A stretch of 63,568 nucleotides of DNA, the filler included, from an uncultured Methanoregulaceae archaeon (GTDB taxonomy: Archaea > Halobacteriota > Methanomicrobia > Methanomicrobiales > Methanospirillaceae): assembly GCA_964530035.1 (NCBI GenBank). It is 14 parts of 14 records of this genome, joined end to end, with 100 filler letters (N's around TTAATTAATTAA, not from the genome) between each part and the next. Parts side by side here need not be neighbours in the genome. Positions count along the whole stretch, not along the records: positions 28,888 to 33,307 come from CAZGXZ010000182.1; positions 33,408 to 37,805 come from CAZGXZ010000183.1; positions 37,906 to 42,273 come from CAZGXZ010000184.1; 11 more parts are not named here. One strand, 5' to 3'. How positions within the stretch are numbered: position 1 is the stretch's first letter; the number at the start of each line of letters is the position of its first letter. The translations under genes were made by a program, and so were the position numbers. Of this stretch, positions 29,461 through 39,787 are shown one piece after another. The notes beneath the pieces are model-generated. The model saw only the letters and a program-made list of their open reading frames with translations, had not been told where the DNA came from and searched no databases.

Positions 29461-31239
29461 ATGAAGCAGGACCCCGGCAGGCCGAAAGGTCAGGGTGTGC
29501 AGAACAGTGATGCACGGCTTGAGAACCTCTCCCGTTACCTCTTTACCGCCCCTCACTGGCCCGTACCCCTCGCCCTGTTTGCCATCATGGCCGGTTGTAT
29601 CGACCTTGTATTGCTTTCGACCGGGGGGTCGGCATTTCCCGCGGTGACCCTTCTTTTCACCCTGCCTGTCATCTGCGGGTTCATCGCAACCAAGCCCATG
29701 GTGTCCCGGCTCGGCAGGCCGATGACCTGGAACCGCTCATCATTGCTCGCAGCATCGGCCGGGCTGTTCGGGCTGCTTATCACCGGGACAGGGCTGGTGT
29801 TCTACGGTGGTAAATTTCCGCTCTGGTATGGTATTGCCCTTGCCTTCATCTTTGGCCTGCGACTGCTCGTACTCGTTGCCATTTCGGACGCCCGCTCAGC
29901 CAGGATGTCACTTCCGGCCCTGATGGAGACCGTCCCAGGAATAATCACTGGTGGTTTTCTCATCCCCGGTCCCTTTGTCCTCCTGGCGGTCATTTTTCAC
30001 CTTATCTTCTGGGCAGGCTTCACGGGCTTCTTCTGGCTTATCGATGAACCGATGTACCGTTCTCTCCGCATTCCGGGCCTTTCTCTCCTCAATGCCTATG
30101 TTGCGCATCATACCGACGGCTCGAGAAGCCTGGATGTTTTTTTCAGGAAGATGGGAGAGGAGGTGTATGTCCCCCAGGCGAGCATCTTCATACGAAGGAT
30201 GGGCCGGGAGGAGATCCTATTAACGGTCCCGAATATCCACCCCGGCCCGATGGGCACGGTAGGTGGGAGTAACCTCCCGTCCTATCTTCATGATGCGTTT
30301 TCTGGCAATGTCCTCGTCCCCCACGGCTGCGCCACGCATGATTTCAACCTCGTTTCGATAGATGAAGCAGACAAGCTTGTCCGGGCCGTCAATGCCACAA
30401 AGGATGACCTAGTGTTTCACCCTGCTGCCACCCATTCGTTCCGGGTGGAGAAAGGGACCGTGTCACTTCTGGTCCAGAGGTTTGCCAATACACTTCTTGT
30501 CGTCGGGACCCGCTGCCCCCTCAAAACGGAAGACCTCGAGTTCGCCATGTGCCTGGCAATCATCGGGGAAGGCCGCCAGTTCAACTCCCATATTGCCTTT
30601 GTCGATGCCCACAACTGCATGACGGCAGGGCTTTCTCCTGTACTTGCCGGTTCCAAAACGGCAACCGAGTACCTTGACGCCTGCAGGACGGCCGGAAAAA
30701 TGAGCAGACAGATGGATGAGATGCCCTTTTCTGCCGGATACGCCCGAATAGCCCTGCCGTATTCGGAGGACGAGGGATACGGTCAATTGGGTGTCCAGGT
30801 CATGGTCGTTGATGTCGGGGGCCGGCTGACCGCGTACGTGCTGTATGATGGCAACAACATGGTTGAAGGGCTTCGCGACGAGATCAGAAACTCCCTTCTG
30901 ACCCTTGTTGACGAAGCGGAGGTCATGACAACCGATACGCACGTGGTCAACATGCTGTCCGGGAAGAATCCCGTGGGATGCCAGGGGAATACCCGGGAAC
31001 TTGTAGAATACACCATGCGTGCTGTACAGGATGCCATCGCTGACCTGGCTCCTTCGGAAGTGGCCGGAAGCACGGCGATCTGCGAACGGGTCGTCATCTT
31101 TGGCTCGAGCCGGATAGCGCAACTGGCAAGCACGGTAGGGACTATTCTTGTATATGTGCCCCCCCTGATCCTGGGCATGCTCCTTCTCGCGGGAATTCTT
31201 TCACTCCTGGTCTACACTGCCCTGTACCCGTACAGTTGA
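29461..31239 (+). CDS. DUF2070-family membrane protein
   Basis: TM N-terminus; IHPGPMG..GGSNLP, HG..THDFN, DAHNC, DGNNM and TTDTH motifs. Confidence 0.85.
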   Translation: MKQDPGRPKGQGVQNSDARLENLSRYLFTAPHWPVPLALFAIMAGCIDLVLLSTGGSAFPAVTLLFTLPVICGFIATKPMVSRLGRPMTWNRSSLLAASAGLFGLLITGTGLVFYGGKFPLWYGIALAFIFGLRLLVLVAISDARSARMSLPALMETVPGIITGGFLIPGPFVLLAVIFHLIFWAGFTGFFWLIDEPMYRSLRIPGLSLLNAYVAHHTDGSRSLDVFFRKMGEEVYVPQASIFIRRMGREEILLTVPNIHPGPMGTVGGSNLPSYLHDAFSGNVLVPHGCATHDFNLVSIDEADKLVRAVNATKDDLVFHPAATHSFRVEKGTVSLLVQRFANTLLVVGTRCPLKTEDLEFAMCLAIIGEGRQFNSHIAFVDAHNCMTAGLSPVLAGSKTATEYLDACRTAGKMSRQMDEMPFSAGYARIALPYSEDEGYGQLGVQVMVVDVGGRLTAYVLYDGNNMVEGLRDEIRNSLLTLVDEAEVMTTDTHVVNMLSGKNPVGCQGNTRELVEYTMRAVQDAIADLAPSEVAGSTAICERVVIFGSSRIAQLASTVGTILVYVPPLILGMLLLAGILSLLVYTALYPYS

Positions 31240-31419
31240 GGTAAGGCCTCGCATTTGCTGATAATATGGGTGAAAAAAATCAATTCGCGCAGGGGCGGGG
31301 AAGGCGGATTTCAGGGTGCCAGGGGGCTATTCTCATGGTAAACGCGGAATGGCGAAGCCACGGGAAGAACGGGGCATGATTTGGTCATGAATGTGTATTT
31401 TCCGCGCTGAAACTAATTA

Positions 31420-31435
31420 GAAAGGTATTAATAAG
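31420..31435 (+). promoter_or_regulatory. BRE/TATA promoter candidate for fdhC
   Basis: GAAAGG-TATTAATA about 95 nt upstream of the ATG; GAGGTG RBS just before the start. Confidence 0.5.
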
Positions 31436-31528
31436 ACCAAAAAGGATTTTATGTTTAACCTATACGACACAAAAATCATAGGATTTCAGTATAGGTTGGA
31501 CAATCAGAGAACGTGAGGTGTAGAAAGA

Positions 31529-32425
31529 ATGGCATTTCATCCACCAGTTGCCATCGTCGCTAAGGCTGGAGACGCAGGCAAGTACAAGACAGGCCTCCCC
31601 GCCTGGAACATGATCCTCCGTGGATTCATGTCGGGTGCGTATATCGCCATGGGAGGCGGACTTGCAACCGTCTGTAGCACCGGTATCCTGGCAAGTGACA
31701 AGGCAATGCAGTTTGGTGTGGCGGGTTCAGGTTTCTCTCAGCTCATCCTGGGTGCGGTCTTCCCTGTCGGGCTTATTATCACCGTTCTTACGGGTGCGGA
31801 ACTCTTCACCGGTGACGCGATGCTTGCCCCCATGGCAGCCTTCATCCATAAGATCAGCTGGGCACAAGTCATGAACCTCTGGGTATGGGTCTATGTCGGA
31901 AACCTGATAGGATCCATTGTATATGCGTATATCATGGCGTATGGGCCATTTACCACCTGGAGTGCAGCAGGAGCCGGAACCGCTACGGCATTCGGAGTGC
32001 GTGCGGTCAATATCGCCCTGGCGAAGGTCAGTTATGTAGGCATGGCCGGCATGTGGTCGGCGTTCCTCAAGGCCATAGGGTGCAACTGGCTGGTCAACCT
32101 GGCAATTCTCCTGGGAATATGTGCGGATGACCTGATAGGGAAGTTCTTTGGTATCTGGTTCCCGATCATGGCCTTCGTTTCTACCGGGTTCGAACACTCG
32201 ATCGCCAACCAGTACTTCATATCTGCAGGAATATTCACGAGCCAGTTCCTGACAGCGGACCAGATCACTGCTATAACCGCAGAAAAACTGGCTACGCTGA
32301 ACTGGATAACCTTCTGGACGAACAACATGATCATCGTCACGATTGGAAACATCGTGGGTGGGATGGTCTTCGTCGGAATCATCTACTGGGTCGCGTTCAA
32401 GAAAGAGATCGCCGCCCTCAAGTAA
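31529..32425 (+). CDS. fdhC: Formate/nitrite transporter family, formate channel
   Basis: FPVGL, GAELFTG, GNLIGS, CNWLV, GFEHSIAN and GNIVGG motifs. Confidence 0.92.
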   Translation: MAFHPPVAIVAKAGDAGKYKTGLPAWNMILRGFMSGAYIAMGGGLATVCSTGILASDKAMQFGVAGSGFSQLILGAVFPVGLIITVLTGAELFTGDAMLAPMAAFIHKISWAQVMNLWVWVYVGNLIGSIVYAYIMAYGPFTTWSAAGAGTATAFGVRAVNIALAKVSYVGMAGMWSAFLKAIGCNWLVNLAILLGICADDLIGKFFGIWFPIMAFVSTGFEHSIANQYFISAGIFTSQFLTADQITAITAEKLATLNWITFWTNNMIIVTIGNIVGGMVFVGIIYWVAFKKEIAALK

Positions 32426-32431
32426 TCCTGC

Positions 32432-32959
32432 ATGAAAATCGGAAATGTAAGGCTGAAGGTCCCGATCACCGTGATCGTGGTGATCGTGTTCTTCACCATC
32501 CTTTTATCAGTTTACTATCTTCTCACGGGAGATCGTAGTCTGCTTATTATTGGCGTACCGACCATTATCCTCCTCCTGGTATTTCCCCTTGCCCTGAACT
32601 ACATGAGCCAGCGCGAGTATCGCGATCTTGCACCGGTGTACGAAGCAAAGGCGAAAACGGTCAGGATCAAGTCTATTAACCAGAACTCGATCGGTTCAAT
32701 TGTCAGGATCGAAGGCATAGTTGAACGGACCTATTTCCAGTTCATTAACCGGCCCCAGTTCCTTGTTGCAGACCGTTCAGGGGAAATTTCAGTGAAGATG
32801 TTCACCAACCCGGATGAGGATGTTAAAAAGGGTGATATCGTCGAGGTATACGGGATGGTCATACACCGGTACATGATGACGGGTGACGCTGTCGTCAACG
32901 GGGTAGTCATCCGCAAACTCGCGAAACCCACCCAGCAAGCGGGAAATAAAGCGGAATAA
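32432..32959 (+). CDS. Membrane-anchored OB-fold protein
   Basis: Two TM helices, then VRIEGIV..VADRSGEI..KGDIVEVYG OB-fold pattern. Confidence 0.7.
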   Translation: MKIGNVRLKVPITVIVVIVFFTILLSVYYLLTGDRSLLIIGVPTIILLLVFPLALNYMSQREYRDLAPVYEAKAKTVRIKSINQNSIGSIVRIEGIVERTYFQFINRPQFLVADRSGEISVKMFTNPDEDVKKGDIVEVYGMVIHRYMMTGDAVVNGVVIRKLAKPTQQAGNKAE

Positions 32960-33408
32960 TCCCTAAACAGGGATTAGATGCCCTTTATCCGCCTTATTGC
33001 TGCTGTTTGTGAAACCACTGCTGTACAACCGGAAGTCTGCCGGCGGGTCTTTACAGCATTCTCCCGGTATCAGCCCGGTCATATTTCATTCTGTACCTTA
33101 AAGTGATTGGGAGGATTTCCTGCATTCTTCGTCCCTCCCTGACCTTTCTGGTAATGATCCGCAGGGATTATTCCCTTCAGGTTTCGTATTACCTCTGACC
33201 GTCTTTGGAATGTATCAAGTATTCCAAGCGCGATGTTCATGAGGTGATGAACTCTGTCAAAAGAGGCAGTTGATGCCCTTTTCAGGGCATATGCAGCCTT
33301 GACCGATNNNNNNNNNNNNNNNNNNNNNNNNNNNNNNNNNNNNNNNNNNNNTTAATTAATTAANNNNNNNNNNNNNNNNNNNNNNNNNNNNNNNNNNNNN
33401 NNNNNNNG

Positions 33409-34920
33409 GATGACCACCAGGTTCAGGTTGTCGACATAGGTCTTCGGGATATTGATCGGGTCACCACAGAGACGCTGGATAAGTTTTTCCACCGAAGAAG
33501 CGTGGAATGTTGAGAGGACCGGGTGACCGGTCTGCATCGCACCGAATGCGACCGCACCCTCGACCCCTCGTATCTCCCCGACGAGGATCTGGTTTGGGCG
33601 CTGCCGGAGGGCGGCCCTGAGGAGGTCGAACATGGTAACGTCCCCTCCCTCCCCCTCTCCTTTTCCTTTGCCCTTTGAAACCTCCCGTGTCCAGTTCCTG
33701 TGGGGGACCAGGAGCTCCGGGGTGTCTTCGATGGTGACGATCTTGTTCTCAGGGGGTATAAAACCTGTAAAGGCGTTCAGGCTGGTTGTTTTTCCACTGG
33801 CAGTCTCCCCGCTCATGAAGAGTGACATGCTGTTCTCGATGCAGATCCAGATGTAGGCGGCACACATGTAGTCGCAGGTCTTGAACTCGATCAGCTTGAG
33901 GATGCTGATGGGGTCGTCCATCGCCTTCCGTATGGTGAAGTTCGAACCGTGCCGGCTGATGTCGGTGCTATAGACGATGTTGATACGTGAACCGTCAGGG
34001 AGGGTCGCGTCCACGATGGGATTCCGGTAGGTTATGGGCCGCCGTATGCGTTCGGCAAGCTTGATCACATAGTTGTCAAGGGGTGCGGTTTCCGAGAACC
34101 CGACGACGGCTTTTAATCCCTTGAAGATCTTGTGTTCCACGAATATCGGGCCGCACCCGTTGCATGAGATATCCTCGATGTAGGGGTCGTTGATGAACGG
34201 TTTCAGGATCCCGACATCAATCTTGTCCCTGACCATGAGATATTCCACGGCCCCGTATTCGAGGGTTGTCACAATGATCTTTCCGTCGGGTGTCTGTGGC
34301 ACCTTGGCAAGAACCTTATCGCGGTGGGGGCTTCCTTTCGCTGTAAGGTCCTTGTTTAAAAAATCGGCTACCTTGTCCTTGATCCCCTTTGACTCCTTCA
34401 CCTTGAACGTCGCGGCATCGATCACTTCGTCGGGTTTTTTAATGTAGACGACTTTCCTCATCAGTTCCTGGAGGACACGAGTCCTGTCCTCGTCTGATAC
34501 CGGGTCCTCCTCGAGGGCGTCGAGGAGGTCTACCAGCTTGACTTCGACCGCGGCCATCAGGTCACTGATGTTGTGAAGGAAAGAGGGTTCGATGGGTATG
34601 TAATATGCCCGGACATCGTTCGGGTCGTAGAATATATGGACAAAGAGGCCGTCCTTGGCGGGGTATATGAGGTTTGGCTCCTTCATCGATTTCAGGTCCC
34701 GCTTGAGTTCGGAGAAAAAAAGGGGGATCCCGAACTCATCGACCGGGAAGATGTGGAGGTATTCGAGGAGGTGGGGACTGTTCTTGCAGTATTCCTTCGC
34801 GTTCACCGGAAGCATCCGGTACAGCGCGCATGATTCCAGGTCGCCGGAGCAGTTGTCTCCGTCGGTTTTTTCAGCCTTTTTAAATGGCAGTGTCAGTGGA
34901 ATTGCCAGTGCGTCGCTCAT
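33409..34920 (-). CDS. flaI: Archaellum motor ATPase FlaI/ArlI (3' truncated)
   Basis: GETASGKTT, TIEDTPEL, ALRQRP, VGEIRG, TGH..STFHA. Confidence 0.95.
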
Positions 34921-34940
34921 GACCCTTCATCCGTTTGTCC

Positions 34941-35720
34941 TTACACCTTCGCCATCGAGACAGGGATGATCTTCATCCCGTACCCCGGGTGGACTTCAAA
35001 TGAAACCAGGTTTCCGGTTGTTTTCCGTGCACCCCTGACCTTGACCACCTCGAGGACCATGACGTACTTGTCACCCATGAGGGACCGCTTCATGTACAGG
35101 TGTGCATCGCATATTGACCGTATCCTGACAAGCACCTCTTCTGAAAATGCATAGGTGTGCATGGTGATGAGGATGGTCTTTCCCTCGTCACAGATGTTTT
35201 TACAATGGGTCAGGAATGTCAGGATGGCCTCGTGAGTCGTGTACTCGGTGAACATCGTCAGCGAATCGATGATGATGACCTCGGCCCTGCTCCTGCGGAT
35301 GTGAGAGACGATACGGAGGAGGATATCGTCCATCTCCTCTTTCCTCCATTTGAAGTCGACCAGGTGCACGTGGAAGAGCTTGATGTACCCCCAGGCAAAG
35401 TAATCGGTTACATTCAGGCTCATTGAGTCCATCTGGGAGAGAAATGACTTCGTCGTCATCTCGGTGGTGTACAGGTCGACGCAGAGGTTCGTCTTCATCG
35501 CACCCCAGATGATCTGCTGGGTAAGGACACTCTTCCCGGTATCATTTTCTCCTTCGATGAGGGTCAGCGAACCAAGGGGGAGGCCGTCGGCGATTTTTTT
35601 ATCGATCTCGGCGTTTCCTGTGGAAAGGATCTTCCGCTCTTCAACGCCAAGGAGCGAGGAAAAGGCTTCCCCTCCGTCAGAAGCCGATTCCTCCTCCTCA
35701 AACAAGGGTTTGCCTGGCAT
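34941..35720 (-). CDS. flaH: Archaellum protein FlaH/ArlH (KaiC-like)
   Basis: GENDTGKS, IIDSLT, IRSICD; position in the fla operon. Confidence 0.92.
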   Translation of the reverse strand: MPGKPLFEEEESASDGGEAFSSLLGVEERKILSTGNAEIDKKIADGLPLGSLTLIEGENDTGKSVLTQQIIWGAMKTNLCVDLYTTEMTTKSFLSQMDSMSLNVTDYFAWGYIKLFHVHLVDFKWRKEEMDDILLRIVSHIRRSRAEVIIIDSLTMFTEYTTHEAILTFLTHCKNICDEGKTILITMHTYAFSEEVLVRIRSICDAHLYMKRSLMGDKYVMVLEVVKVRGARKTTGNLVSFEVHPGYGMKIIPVSMAKV

Positions 35721-35787
35721 TGATGTCAGCTATGAACGTATCACATCGGCCGATATTAATAATATGTGTAGGGGAGAAGGGTGAATT

Positions 35788-36270
35788 CTACAGGTATCCC
35801 GATACCGAGACCCCGTTCTGGGTCGTGACCCTCACCCACAGCGGGGATGCACCTGTCTCTGGTACGATAGTTAGGTTCAGCTGTTCCCCCGGGTCCCACA
35901 TGCGGGGGTTGATGATATCCGGGACGATCGGGGTTTCATTCTTCCATGTCCCCGCCCCCCCGGCCAGGTTGTACTGGTAGCGGGTCAGGCCGGAGGTTGT
36001 GTCATACACGTAGACATCCATCCGGTTGAACGGGCCGATTATTTCACGGCCCGTATTGTTCAGGACCAGGGTTACCGGGGATTCCCCGGCTGGAGAAAAG
36101 TACACGATAGAGAAGGATGTGCCAAGGATGCGTTCCTGGACACCGGTCATTTCCTTCTGTGCGCCGACGGTTACCTGGCTGACGGTGATCGCACCAGACA
36201 CCAGGACATAGGCCGTAACGATCAGGAGAATGATCCCCACCGCCGAGCCGACTAACGAGGCGCCCGCCAT
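35788..36270 (-). CDS. flaF: Archaellum accessory protein FlaF
   Basis: N-terminal TM, NNTG, DIINP..WDPGE, VTTQNG. Confidence 0.75.
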   Translation of the reverse strand: MAGASLVGSAVGIILLIVTAYVLVSGAITVSQVTVGAQKEMTGVQERILGTSFSIVYFSPAGESPVTLVLNNTGREIIGPFNRMDVYVYDTTSGLTRYQYNLAGGAGTWKNETPIVPDIINPRMWDPGEQLNLTIVPETGASPLWVRVTTQNGVSVSGYL

Positions 36271-36276
36271 ATCGGA

Positions 36277-36744
36277 TCAGTTCGTCGTTCCCTCACCCGA
36301 CCGCCTGACCCCGTTTGATAAAACAACCGAGACGGAGACGGGTTCGCCGGATGATGCCGGGATGTTCGAAGGAGCGGCCGATATCTCGATTGTTTCTCCT
36401 GGGTCCCACCATGTGTTGCCACCATCGCTCAAGGTGACCGCTCCCCGGAGTGAAACCCTCTGGACGTCCGAGGAGGCGCTCACGAACATGTCAGCCATGC
36501 TCACCTCGTCGAGGGAAAGCCGGTTGGTGCCGATATTCTTCATCCATACCTTGATGTTCGGACTTTTAGCGTAAATGGCGACGATCGAGAAGTCAGTCCG
36601 CATCCTGGTATCGGTGTCATGGGAAACGGATCCGAAGGACTGCCCCGTCTGCATGATCACCGGGAACACCGAATTCAACAATACTCCCGCGGCTACGACT
36701 GCTCCGATAAGAAATAAGGCGGTGACAATCGTCTCGCTCGACAT
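36277..36744 (-). CDS. flaG: Archaellum accessory protein FlaG
   Basis: MSSE...ALF.I.AV.AAG, WMKNIG, WDPGET. Confidence 0.8.
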   Translation of the reverse strand: MSSETIVTALFLIGAVVAAGVLLNSVFPVIMQTGQSFGSVSHDTDTRMRTDFSIVAIYAKSPNIKVWMKNIGTNRLSLDEVSMADMFVSASSDVQRVSLRGAVTLSDGGNTWWDPGETIEISAAPSNIPASSGEPVSVSVVLSNGVRRSGEGTTN

Positions 36745-36757
36745 GGGGATGACTTCC

Positions 36758-37612
36758 TCACTCGCGGGTCTTTACGAAGGGAAAGCCGGTATCAACGGAA
36801 CTGCCTTCACGACGGGACTTGTTAGAACCGTTGGCCAGCTGTTTCCGTTCCATGAGGACCTCGATCATATCCCTGTCAAGGGACGAATCGGTGGGGTTGA
36901 GGATATTGTTCAGTTCGTACAGGGCGGATACGAACTCTTCCGCCGATATTTCATGTTGTTCCCCGATCGACGGGGGCATGAGCCTCGTCACGTCCCGTAC
37001 CTGCTTCATTGCTTTTTCTGAGAGGTACCCCATCTCCTGGTATGACTCGAGCATCAGGTCGATCCGGTCATGACCGTACCGTTTCACCGTTTTCGAGGCC
37101 CACTCAAAGAGCATGAAGACGTTCTGCAGCTTGACCTTTCCGTGAGGAGGCTCTTTAACAGTGGGCTCAGGCACGACCGGCTGGAGAGGTGGAGCTCCGA
37201 GGTGTGCCTTGAGGGCTTCAAAAAGGTCGGCATCGCTGACCGCATCCTGATCCTGCCTGGAGATCCTGGGGGCCGGAATCCTGTCCCTGGGTTCCTGGCG
37301 GACTTCCGGTACCATCTCCGGGATCTCCTCGCTGGCGGGAAGAGGCTCCGGTTCAGGGGTTTTTACAACGGGTTCGGGTTCTGGGACGGGGGCCGGTGGA
37401 ACAGGCTGTGAAACGGAGGTGGACTTTCCCTGGAGGGCATAGATCAGCGGATTTTCCGTATCATTCATCCGTTCCCTGATATCGATTAAAAGCCTCTTAA
37501 TCGAGGTCTTCAGGAGTTCGACCTCGTCCTTCAGCTTCAAGAGCTGGATCTCCGGGTCCTCTGCCGAAGCGGACGAGATGATATGGTCGACCTGCCCCTG
37601 GTTGATCGCCAT
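36758..37612 (-). CDS. FlaD/E-like archaellum accessory protein
   Basis: N-terminal coiled coil (DIRE.MN..ENP), Pro-rich linker, C-terminal W..V..YG...Y..MGYLS. Confidence 0.7.
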   Translation of the reverse strand: MAINQGQVDHIISSASAEDPEIQLLKLKDEVELLKTSIKRLLIDIRERMNDTENPLIYALQGKSTSVSQPVPPAPVPEPEPVVKTPEPEPLPASEEIPEMVPEVRQEPRDRIPAPRISRQDQDAVSDADLFEALKAHLGAPPLQPVVPEPTVKEPPHGKVKLQNVFMLFEWASKTVKRYGHDRIDLMLESYQEMGYLSEKAMKQVRDVTRLMPPSIGEQHEISAEEFVSALYELNNILNPTDSSLDRDMIEVLMERKQLANGSNKSRREGSSVDTGFPFVKTRE

Positions 37613-37906
37613 GGTTGTTCAACACTTCATTCTCGTGATGTGTTTTATAGGTTATGGTGGAGTCCCTGTCCATGCCTTCAAAAAGTCCTGAACGAGGGAG
37701 GAAGGAATGGCCTGAATGTACGTGTTTCTGTGACATGTGCCTTTTGCGTCAAATGGTAATAGGACTTACGCAGTTCACCGAAAGATCCTTAGCCTATAAA
37801 AGCGANNNNNNNNNNNNNNNNNNNNNNNNNNNNNNNNNNNNNNNNNNNNTTAATTAATTAANNNNNNNNNNNNNNNNNNNNNNNNNNNNNNNNNNNNNNN
37901 NNNNNG

Positions 37907-38875
37907 TCTCTCCGGCAGGTTGATCCCGATGATGCCAGCCGGGGTGTCCTGTTATCGGTCACTGATATCACCGAGGTCGTTGAGCTCAGGGAGGAGGTCA
38001 GGCAGCTTGAAGTCCGGTACCGCGAACTCCAGCAGATATCCGGTACCCTGATCATGAGGACCGGTGATCAGGGGAAAATTCTGTTCATGAACAAGGCAGG
38101 CCTCGAATTGTTCGGTTACAGCGACCGGGAAATCCTTGGAAAAACCGTTGCTGAGGCGATCATGGCCCCGGGATCGGAAGGGGCACCCGTCGGCGACCCG
38201 TTTGCCACCCCCATAACCGGCGAGGAGTCCGGGATGCACATCAGTGAGCATGTCAGGCGAAATGGTGACCGGGTTTTTATCGCGTGGACCTTCAGGCCTG
38301 TATCAGGCCAGGAAGGCGAAGGAACAGAAACGCTCTGGTTTGGTCATGATATCACCGACTATGAACACCCCGGCTTTGGGAGGATCAGCACTGCGAGCTG
38401 GCGGGATCCAATCATTGCGGGCACGGATGTCGAAGGGGAGGTTTTTGACGCGGTTTTTCATATATGCACAGAGATCGTACGGGAAGGCAGGGAAGGCCAC
38501 AAGGTGGGTACTACCTTCATTGTTGGCGATGCCCCGGCCGTGATGGAACAGTCCAGGCAGCTTGGCCTGAACCCCTTCGAAGGACATCCCGAAGGCCGCC
38601 GTACCGTCACGAACCCGGACACGAAGGAGAACATCAAGGAATTCGCCACGATGGACGGGGCATTCGTAGTGAACGGCTACGGGGTCTTTGAAGCAGCACG
38701 GAGGTACCTGACCGCTCCGGCCGAAGGCATTGATATCCCTGAAGGATTCGGCACCAGGCACCGTTCAGCCGCTGCCATGACAAAAGTAACCCGCTCGATA
38801 GCCTTTGTCGTATCAGAAAGCGGGGGGCGCATCTCGATATTGAGGGACGGCAGGATTGTGAAACTTATCGCCTGA
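37907..38875 (+). CDS. PAS-domain diadenylate cyclase (DisA_N/DAC), 5' truncated
   Basis: PAC remnant (VTDITE), a full PAS/PAC, then EGREG..VGT, MDGAF, GTRHRSAA and VSESGG DAC motifs. Confidence 0.88.
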   Translation, partial: SLRQVDPDDASRGVLLSVTDITEVVELREEVRQLEVRYRELQQISGTLIMRTGDQGKILFMNKAGLELFGYSDREILGKTVAEAIMAPGSEGAPVGDPFATPITGEESGMHISEHVRRNGDRVFIAWTFRPVSGQEGEGTETLWFGHDITDYEHPGFGRISTASWRDPIIAGTDVEGEVFDAVFHICTEIVREGREGHKVGTTFIVGDAPAVMEQSRQLGLNPFEGHPEGRRTVTNPDTKENIKEFATMDGAFVVNGYGVFEAARRYLTAPAEGIDIPEGFGTRHRSAAAMTKVTRSIAFVVSESGGRISILRDGRIVKLIA

Positions 38876-39071
38876 AACCTGGCGAATCCTGTTAAACGCA
38901 TTTTATCACATTAGAATTCGAAAAAAAGCAATTTTACCGCCCATATTTTAAAGTCCTCATATATGGTCGTAAAACGGTAGACACGTCTTGTACGGGGCAT
39001 GATAAAAAAACGGTTCCTATCCCCTTTTTTTTCGCGCAATCTTTATATAATATTATGTGGCTGCTCTTTTT

Positions 39072-39656
39072 ATGAGGATTATTGTCATTTTTGCACTCCT
39101 TGCCGTGTCCTTTGTCCTGGTAGCAGGTTGTACGCAACCTTCGGGGCAGGCGACCTCCGGTACACCGGTGGCGACCGCGAAACCGACAGATACCATGCCG
39201 GTAACCCAGGTAACGACCGCTCCACCGACTGATTACCTGACAAGCGTCCAGAAGGGAAACGAAGAGGTCCTGGCCGGGAAGCAATCGATGCAGCAGGGCC
39301 GCGACCTCATGCTCCAGGCGCTTGCAAAACAGGGAAATGTCATGACGGTGCGTCCCATCCTTGACCAGGCGGCTGCGAATTTCACCGAGGCGCAAAAGCA
39401 CTATCGTCAGGCAGGGGACTATTACACGGCTGCCCAGCCAACGGCGCCCTCTGGCATGCAGGGCAACCTGCAGACCATGATCAGCACACTCCAGGGTACG
39501 GTCGTGTCCTGTAATGCATTCCTGGCATCAACCGACCTGGCAATACGCGGTGACTGGTACGGGGCCAACGACGCCTTCAACAAGGCGGCGAGCTACTACG
39601 ATGTTTCAATGAACACCATCAACCCCATCCTCATCCTCCTCGGCATGGCGAGCTAA
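39072..39656 (+). CDS. Predicted lipoprotein with a helical domain
   Basis: Signal peptide with VAGC lipobox, Thr/Pro linker, helical body. Confidence 0.75.
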   Translation: MRIIVIFALLAVSFVLVAGCTQPSGQATSGTPVATAKPTDTMPVTQVTTAPPTDYLTSVQKGNEEVLAGKQSMQQGRDLMLQALAKQGNVMTVRPILDQAAANFTEAQKHYRQAGDYYTAAQPTAPSGMQGNLQTMISTLQGTVVSCNAFLASTDLAIRGDWYGANDAFNKAASYYDVSMNTINPILILLGMAS

Positions 39657-39787
39657 GATACCCTCTCTTTATCTTTTTTTTACCACGTGGATCCAAGGTC
39701 CCTTCAGGGCCGGGCATGCCACTGCCGGACGGAACGTCCCTGCAGAAAACAGACACATCGTGTTCGATTGTTGTGCACGGATGGGGA

